Shown piece by piece: positions 53,740 to 59,155 of a stretch of 59,155 bases of DNA (within the stretch, counting starts at the first letter, position 1; each line of letters starts with the position of its first letter). Source of the stretch: a virus. Its lineage: Duplodnaviria; Caudoviricetes. The position numbers and the translations under genes were made by a program. Under the pieces are notes generated by a model that did no database searches, had not been told where the DNA came from, and worked only from the letters and a program-made list of their open reading frames with translations. The DNA lies in IMG/VR virus record IMGVR_UViG_3300020468_000007, positions 1 through 59,155 of that record. One strand, given 5' to 3'.

Positions 53740-54758
53740 TGGCACTCGGCACTATTGACACTAATCAGATTGCAAGCGAAGCAGTCACTGTACCGAAGGT
53801 GACTGACCAAGTCTTGTCTAACAGGAACATTTTAATTAATGGCGCAATGCGAGTTCATCAACGGGGAAACCAAGCAACTACAAACGGTGGTTCCGTATAT
53901 TTTGTTGACCGTTTCAATGTTTATCTAAGCGCAGCCAGTGCGGTTGCTAACTTACAGCAATCTACTGATACACCATCTGGGCAAGGGTTTGGAAATAGCC
54001 TGTTGGTTGATGTCACAACGGCGGATACCTCAGTGGGTGCAAGTGAAATTAGTGTATTGCGTCAAATACTAGAGGGTTTGAATCTTCAATCACTTAAATA
54101 TGGCACATCAAGCGCGGAGTCTGTCACGCTTTCATTTTGGGTAAAGTCTCCAAAAACAGGAGTGCATATTTGTGAATTGTGGCATTTGACATCACCAGTA
54201 AGAACTCAAAGTCAAAGTTATACAGTAAGTGCCGCAAACACATGGGAAAAACACTCTGTCACATTTTCAGGTGATACTACCACTGCCCTAGACAATGATA
54301 ACAATTACACATTAGCGGTTCAGTGGGGTTTGTTTGCTGGAACTGATTATACTAGCGGCACATTAGCTACTGCTTGGCAAGATTCAGGAAATACTAATAG
54401 GTATGTGGGGCAACAGAACTTTTTTGATAGCACAAGCAACAACTTCTACCTAACAGGCGTACAGCTTGAGGTAGGTGTAGAAACCCCCTTTGAGCATGAG
54501 GACTACTCAACTACGCTACGCAAGTGCAAACGCTACTATGAATTACTAGAGGGTAGTATATATCCGACTAATTACAGTACCGCAGCATTAGGAAATTATT
54601 TTTGGACAGAAGAAAAACGAGCCGTTCCAACTGTAACAGCAGATACTAACACTGGAGGTCTTGGTTTTAATGGTGTGTATAAATCAGGCGGGTACGTCTA
54701 CAAAAGTCCGGCTAATTTTAACTCTGTTGTGAACATTAGGGGAAATTCTGAAATATGA
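53739..54758 (+). CDS. Tail fibre / receptor-binding protein (paralog of 233-1279)
   Basis: NILINGAMRVHQR...TLSFWVKS...LTGVQLEVG..TPFEHEDY. Confidence 0.7.
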   Translation: MALGTIDTNQIASEAVTVPKVTDQVLSNRNILINGAMRVHQRGNQATTNGGSVYFVDRFNVYLSAASAVANLQQSTDTPSGQGFGNSLLVDVTTADTSVGASEISVLRQILEGLNLQSLKYGTSSAESVTLSFWVKSPKTGVHICELWHLTSPVRTQSQSYTVSAANTWEKHSVTFSGDTTTALDNDNNYTLAVQWGLFAGTDYTSGTLATAWQDSGNTNRYVGQQNFFDSTSNNFYLTGVQLEVGVETPFEHEDYSTTLRKCKRYYELLEGSIYPTNYSTAALGNYFWTEEKRAVPTVTADTNTGGLGFNGVYKSGGYVYKSPANFNSVVNIRGNSEI

Positions 54759-54940
54759 TATTTAAAAATGCAAAATACCATAAGGCTCCACTAGACAATC
54801 CAGATAATAAAAATACTGCTGTTGTAGTTGAAATAAATGGGGTTGAATCGTGGGTTCCTATGGATGAGGAAAATAGTGACTACGCAGAAATACAAAAACA
54901 AGTAGCGGCTGGCACTCTAACAATAGAGGATGCAGATTAA
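54755..54940 (+). CDS. Small tail-fibre-associated protein (paralog of 1280-1453)
   Basis: VPMDEENSDYAEIQKQVAAGTLTIEDAD. Confidence 0.75.
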   Translation: MIFKNAKYHKAPLDNPDNKNTAVVVEINGVESWVPMDEENSDYAEIQKQVAAGTLTIEDAD

Positions 54941-55821
54941 TGGCATATCTTGGGCCACCACCATCACAGAAACTAGCAACTCCCACTAGCCAGTATTTTA
55001 GTGGGAATGGTTCTACTACGGCCTTTACATTAAACCGCCCGGTTAATGTGTCTGAAGACCTGAACGTGTTTGTGAATAACGTGCCTCAAGAGCCGGGTTC
55101 TGGAAAGTCCTACACTGCCACAGGAACCACACTAACATTTGATGCAGCCCCAGCCTCTGGGACAAACAATATATACGTTGTCTACCGAGGGCTGGCAGAG
55201 CCAACAACACGACTAGAGCATGATGCTAATCAGGCTCTAGCAGCCACCACTGGTGCTTTTTCTGGGAATGTAACAATTGGCGGAAATTTATCCGTCACAG
55301 GGACAGGCGCTGGCGCTGCGGGGATTACGAGTGCAAGCACAAGTGGGACAGCCATAAATATTGATAGCAGCAATCGTGTTACAATGGGGAGCCAGCCTAG
55401 ATTTTTTTGTGGGCCTTCAGCTAATGCCACTATGAGTAACTCCAACACTGCTCTTACCCAAATTGCTTTTGATACAGAAACCATTGATAGAGGTGGTGAT
55501 TTTGCGTCAAACACATTTACGGCTCCTGTCACAGGAGACTATTTGTTGCATTTTCAGCTTAGAGTTGATTCTGTAGATATTGCTGCCCTTTATTACTATT
55601 TTTTCATACAAACTAGTAACAGAAACTATCAGAATATCATGGCTCCTCACTGGGCATCGGACCCAGAGTACAATCACTTTGCTTTGACTGTGATAGCAGA
55701 CATGGATGCAAACGATACCGCTACGGTTAAATACCAGCAATATCAAGGAACAGATAACCATGCGACAATCATTGGCGGTGATTTACGGTACTCACATTTT
55801 TCGGGCATTTTACTGAGTTAA
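54940..55821 (+). CDS. Tail fibre protein with C-terminal C1q-like domain
   Basis: MAYLG..FSGNGSTTAFTL..VPQEP N-domain; IAFDTE..DF...FTAPVTGDY...FSGILLS. Confidence 0.7.
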   Translation: MAYLGPPPSQKLATPTSQYFSGNGSTTAFTLNRPVNVSEDLNVFVNNVPQEPGSGKSYTATGTTLTFDAAPASGTNNIYVVYRGLAEPTTRLEHDANQALAATTGAFSGNVTIGGNLSVTGTGAGAAGITSASTSGTAINIDSSNRVTMGSQPRFFCGPSANATMSNSNTALTQIAFDTETIDRGGDFASNTFTAPVTGDYLLHFQLRVDSVDIAALYYYFFIQTSNRNYQNIMAPHWASDPEYNHFALTVIADMDANDTATVKYQQYQGTDNHATIIGGDLRYSHFSGILLS

Positions 55822-55831
55822 GGAATTTAAA

Positions 55832-56131
55832 ATGGCAAATCATACGAAAACAATCACACTGACCGATGTACAGCAAAAGATATTAGCTAATGACTTGTAC
55901 AGTGACAGCGATAATGCTGGTCTTGATGAGTGGATACAGTCAGCAGTTGATGGAAAAATAAATAACTGTTGGAAGCGGATGCAGCAAGAGTGGACAAACA
56001 AACTTATGAATGACGACAGCTTCACTGACAGCATCCCAAGCAATCAGGCAGACTTTGTTGCTCTTATCACGGCTCGTTCAGATTACCAAAACCGCAAGTC
56101 GCGGGATGATGCAAATGTTATAGGAAGTTAA
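55832..56131 (+). CDS. Fibre-associated hypothetical protein
   Basis: GKINNCWKRM...IPSNQADFV; AAGGA RBS. Confidence 0.65.
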   Translation: MANHTKTITLTDVQQKILANDLYSDSDNAGLDEWIQSAVDGKINNCWKRMQQEWTNKLMNDDSFTDSIPSNQADFVALITARSDYQNRKSRDDANVIGS

Positions 56132-56136
56132 ATTAG

Positions 56137-56607
56137 ATGCCCATATCTAAAATATTATCAGGCTCCTTAGATAGCGGTAAGGTGTTGCAAGTCAGTCAGG
56201 CAGTAACTTCAGGCAATCAGACTTCTTCTTCACAGACATCTTTAGTTGATATTACTGGTGCTACATTAACCGTTACGCCTACAAGCGCTTCTAACAAGAT
56301 TTTATTGATGTTTGATTTGGGGGCTTACACTAACAATGGCTCTACTTTTCCTATCCCTTATTACGCAATTGTTAGAGGAAGCACAGTTCTACATGCACAA
56401 TCTGGTTGGTATTTAGATGCTCGTAGCGCTGGGACAGTTTTTGGGCAGCAATTATTTAGGATAGGGATGTCATATTTGGACAGCCCATCAACAACTTCAG
56501 CCACCACATATAAATTACAATACAAATCAGCATCTGGGGGTTCGGGGCATCCAACACTTGGAATCGAAGAGGGTAGCACTTTTACACTTATGGAGATTTC
56601 TGCATAA
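56137..56607 (+). CDS. Fibre-tip module, LDSPSTTSATTY family copy 1
   Basis: GKVLQV..TPTSASNKIL..LDSPSTTSATTYK..TLMEISA. Confidence 0.7.
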   Translation: MPISKILSGSLDSGKVLQVSQAVTSGNQTSSSQTSLVDITGATLTVTPTSASNKILLMFDLGAYTNNGSTFPIPYYAIVRGSTVLHAQSGWYLDARSAGTVFGQQLFRIGMSYLDSPSTTSATTYKLQYKSASGGSGHPTLGIEEGSTFTLMEISA

Positions 56608-56608
56608 A

Positions 56609-57337
56609 ATGGCATATATAGGTATAGACCCGAATGTAGGTGACATAACATTCCAGAAGTTCACTGGAACAGGGAGCGCCACTGCCTTCACTCTGGCTCA
56701 ATCCGTTGTGAGCGGTGAGGCTATTGTTGTGACCATAGGAAACGTGGTTCAGGAACCGGGGGTCAGCGCGGCTTATACAGCACAGGCAAACACACTTACA
56801 TTTTCCACTGCCCCTGCCAACGGTGACGTTATTACTGTGCGCTACTTCGGTCGCGCCGTAGACCAGCCAACCAGCTACGCCATGCAGCTATTCAAGTATG
56901 TGGCTACAGCAAGTCAGACTGCGTTTACTGGTGCAGATGCTAACGGTGCCATATTGGCATTCAGTGGGAATGATGTAGACGTTTATCTAAACGGTGTGCA
57001 TCTAGATAGCTCAGACTTTACAGCTAGCAGCGGAGACACAATAACGCTAGGAACGGGCGCGGCGGTAAATGACGAACTTGTAATTAGAGCCTATCGCGCA
57101 TTCACCGTAACTGATACAGTCAGCAAGGCTTCTGGGGGTACGTTTGCTGGTGAGATAACAGCGCCGCAGTTCCAGACAACAAACACAACGGTCGATACGG
57201 CTGTGTTTCGTACAAACGGTCAGAGCGTAACAGAGAACACAACAATAGCGTCAACCAAGAACGCCTTGGCGATTGGCCCTCTAACAATAGGTTCGTCAAC
57301 CACTATTACGGTTAACGGCAACTTAACAATACTGTGA
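56609..57337 (+). CDS. Tail fibre protein (MAYIG N-domain, paralog of 54940 N-terminus)
   Basis: FTGTGSATAFTL..VVQEPG; YVATASQTAF..DVYLNGV; start corrected from 56558. Confidence 0.7.
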   Translation: MAYIGIDPNVGDITFQKFTGTGSATAFTLAQSVVSGEAIVVTIGNVVQEPGVSAAYTAQANTLTFSTAPANGDVITVRYFGRAVDQPTSYAMQLFKYVATASQTAFTGADANGAILAFSGNDVDVYLNGVHLDSSDFTASSGDTITLGTGAAVNDELVIRAYRAFTVTDTVSKASGGTFAGEITAPQFQTTNTTVDTAVFRTNGQSVTENTTIASTKNALAIGPLTIGSSTTITVNGNLTIL

Positions 57338-57344
57338 GGCATAG

Positions 57345-57836
57345 ATGGCTTCGATAATAAATGTAGACCAGATTAGGAATGCGGCTGGCACAAGTGCTAT
57401 GACCATTAATAATTCGGGAAAGGTAAACATTCCGGGTCACACGATTCAGACTGTTAGTAATTTCATAACAACTGATTTTAACACAGCAAGCACAAGTTTT
57501 GTAACAACAGGTCTTTCACAAGCTATTACTCCATCATCTACCAGCAGTAAAATTCTATGCATTGTTAGTATGGGTGGGTGGTATATTTCATCGGGTGGTT
57601 CTTCAAGCGCAACTGTTTATAGAGGCTCAACTAATATTGGCAATGGTAATGCTGGTATCATGGGCGTAGAAACCCCTGCTTTACGCATACCTTCTACGGG
57701 ACAAGTTTTAGATAGCCCTAACACCACAAGTGCAACAACTTATACTGTGTATGCTCTGACAAGTGGTCATACAACTTATATTTCTTACTCTAGTTATGGG
57801 CATTTTACACTTACGCTTATGGAGATTGCACAATGA
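57345..57836 (+). CDS. Fibre-tip module, LDSP.TTSATTY family copy 2
   Basis: IPGHTIQ..ITPSSTSSKIL..LDSPNTTSATTY..LMEIAQ. Confidence 0.7.
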   Translation: MASIINVDQIRNAAGTSAMTINNSGKVNIPGHTIQTVSNFITTDFNTASTSFVTTGLSQAITPSSTSSKILCIVSMGGWYISSGGSSSATVYRGSTNIGNGNAGIMGVETPALRIPSTGQVLDSPNTTSATTYTVYALTSGHTTYISYSSYGHFTLTLMEIAQ

Positions 57837-58303
57837 GTAAGCTCTTTGTGGATGACATTGTTGAGAAGACTAGCGGTCACGGTGTAAATATTCCGGGGCA
57901 TATGGTTCAGATTGTGCAAGGAATAAGCACTACTTATACTTCTCTTGGCTCTACTGGCACATATGTAGACACTAATTTAGCAGCAACAATAACTCCTAAA
58001 TTTTCTAGTAGTAAAATCTTAGCTACACTTCATGCGCCAATTGTTTATCGAAATACTGAAGACGCTGTTTTAAGGCTTCTCAGAGGTAGTACAAATGTAT
58101 ATCAGATGAATCTTTGGGCAGGCTCTACTAACGGTGGTTATGGAATGCTAACTGGTTCGTTTGAATTTCTTGATAGTCCCTCAACAACTAGTGCTACTAC
58201 TTACAAAGTACAAATGTTTAAGGACGGGGGAGATTTTTTGTTTAGCTATAGCAATGTTGTAACGTCTACTTCAACACTGACTCTTACGGAGATTGCACAA
58301 TGA
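57833..58303 (+). CDS. Fibre-tip module, LDSPSTTSATTY family copy 3
   Basis: IPGHMVQ..ITPKFSSSKIL..LDSPSTTSATTYK..LTEIAQ. Confidence 0.7.
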   Translation: MSKLFVDDIVEKTSGHGVNIPGHMVQIVQGISTTYTSLGSTGTYVDTNLAATITPKFSSSKILATLHAPIVYRNTEDAVLRLLRGSTNVYQMNLWAGSTNGGYGMLTGSFEFLDSPSTTSATTYKVQMFKDGGDFLFSYSNVVTSTSTLTLTEIAQ

Positions 58304-58803
58304 CAAGCATCTTGAAAGTCTCCGAAATCCAACCAACAACCACTGGTAATCTTATTCAACTTCCAACAGTTCCTTTTGTACACATTTATGGCGCATCAAC
58401 TCAAACAGGAGTAGCGAATGCTACTACTACAGTAGCAGTAATAGACACGGTGTTTGTTGATACACATGGTTTAGCTGATGTAGCTAATAATAGAATAAAA
58501 ATACCAACGGGATTAGCTGGATATTATTGGATTAAAGCTGGAAGTCGCCAAGATTGGATTTCAACAAGAGACATGCTCACAATAGGCATTGGGCCAGACA
58601 GTCAACCTTTTGAATGGTTTACTGAGATAAATGCCAATAGCAACGAAAACTACCGTTATCCAACTTTACACTGTGATGGGGTTCGTTATCTAAACGAAGG
58701 TGATACTGTTATTGCTAAAATTTATCAAACTTCTACGGCTACCAAAACTTATTACGGTGGACAATCAAGTAGATTCATCATGGCGTATAGGATAGGAGGA
58801 TAA
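58300..58803 (+). CDS. Fibre-tip module with C1q-like fold
   Basis: MTSILKVSEIQ N-terminus; DTHG...IP..AGYY...LNEGDTV...YRIG. Confidence 0.6.
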   Translation: MTSILKVSEIQPTTTGNLIQLPTVPFVHIYGASTQTGVANATTTVAVIDTVFVDTHGLADVANNRIKIPTGLAGYYWIKAGSRQDWISTRDMLTIGIGPDSQPFEWFTEINANSNENYRYPTLHCDGVRYLNEGDTVIAKIYQTSTATKTYYGGQSSRFIMAYRIGG

Positions 58804-58846
58804 TATGACTTCAATTAATGGATTTAGAGTAGGATAGGAGAGTAAA

Positions 58847-59155
58847 ATGAGTATAGCAGAAGCACTTACAGAACTAGGCATTAAGGAATGGGTGCTTAGA
58901 GGTGAGCCAACAACAGAGGCTGAGTTTACCGAGATGTTCCGTAAGGTCACGGGCGCTGACTCCAGTGGCACGGCTATTGAGAGCGCCGACCCTGATGACT
59001 GGGGTACAACTTGGTCAGCAGTCAAAGCAAAGGCTGACGAGATAAAGGCAGCAGAGCCTATGAAGTTGTTACGGGAAGAACGTAACCGCTTGCTTGCAGA
59101 GACAGATTGGTGGGCATCCAGCGACCTAGCTGGTTCAATGAGCGATGAGCGTAAA
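58847..59155 (+). CDS. Tail fibre assembly chaperone, 3'-truncated by window edge
   Basis: MSIAEALTELGIKEWVLRGEP...LREERNRLLAETDWW; AGGAG RBS; open to the end. Confidence 0.8.
   Translation, partial: MSIAEALTELGIKEWVLRGEPTTEAEFTEMFRKVTGADSSGTAIESADPDDWGTTWSAVKAKADEIKAAEPMKLLREERNRLLAETDWWASSDLAGSMSDERK
59008..59155 (+). repeat. Imperfect terminal direct repeat, copy 2 (matches 1-148)
   Basis: 137/148 identical to the window start. Confidence 0.95.

Noticed and set aside
53739-59155. Diversity-generating retroelement or invertase-driven fibre switching
   Set aside because: No reverse transcriptase or recombinase gene recognised; terminal-repeat mismatches are mostly synonymous and not adenine-specific; all cassettes are co-oriented
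1-59155. tRNA genes, rRNA, integrase/att site, introns or inteins
   Set aside because: No cloverleaf/TpsiC pattern in intergenic gaps, no recombinase motifs, and PolA, TerL and helicases have normal uninterrupted lengths (by eye only; tRNAscan/HMM not run)

Overview
The window is an essentially complete ~59 kb genome of a tailed dsDNA phage with podovirus-like organisation, opened inside the tail-fibre cluster. The two contig ends are imperfect (137/148 identical) copies of a tail-fibre chaperone gene. The plus-strand arm (33.3 kb to the end, continuing at 1-15.2 kb) holds large terminase, P22-like portal, GroES, scaffold, major capsid, head-tail and tail proteins, a long array of paralogous fibre/receptor-binding modules, ejection-type proteins and lysozyme. 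The minus-strand arm (15.2-29.4 kb) holds family A DNA polymerase (Leu762 type), UvrD and SNF2 helicases, primase, an SSB-like protein, nucleases and many small hypothetical genes. A control region at 29.4-33.3 kb has iteron-like GTTAC repeats, small terminase, co-oriented CCTGCGG repeat clusters, terminators, promoters and a minus-strand island of putative early genes. Gene content resembles marine alphaproteobacterial phages of the HTVC023P/CRP-810 kind (recalled similarity, not verified). The strongest non-coding find is a complete type III hammerhead ribozyme (32541-32593, minus strand). It lies between two early genes, with a GC hairpin on its 5' side and a copy of the operon's leader/RBS on its 3' side, which suggests a self-cleaving mRNA-processing cassette. 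No tRNA, CRISPR array, integrase or reverse transcriptase was recognised. All product calls are from motif recognition by eye.
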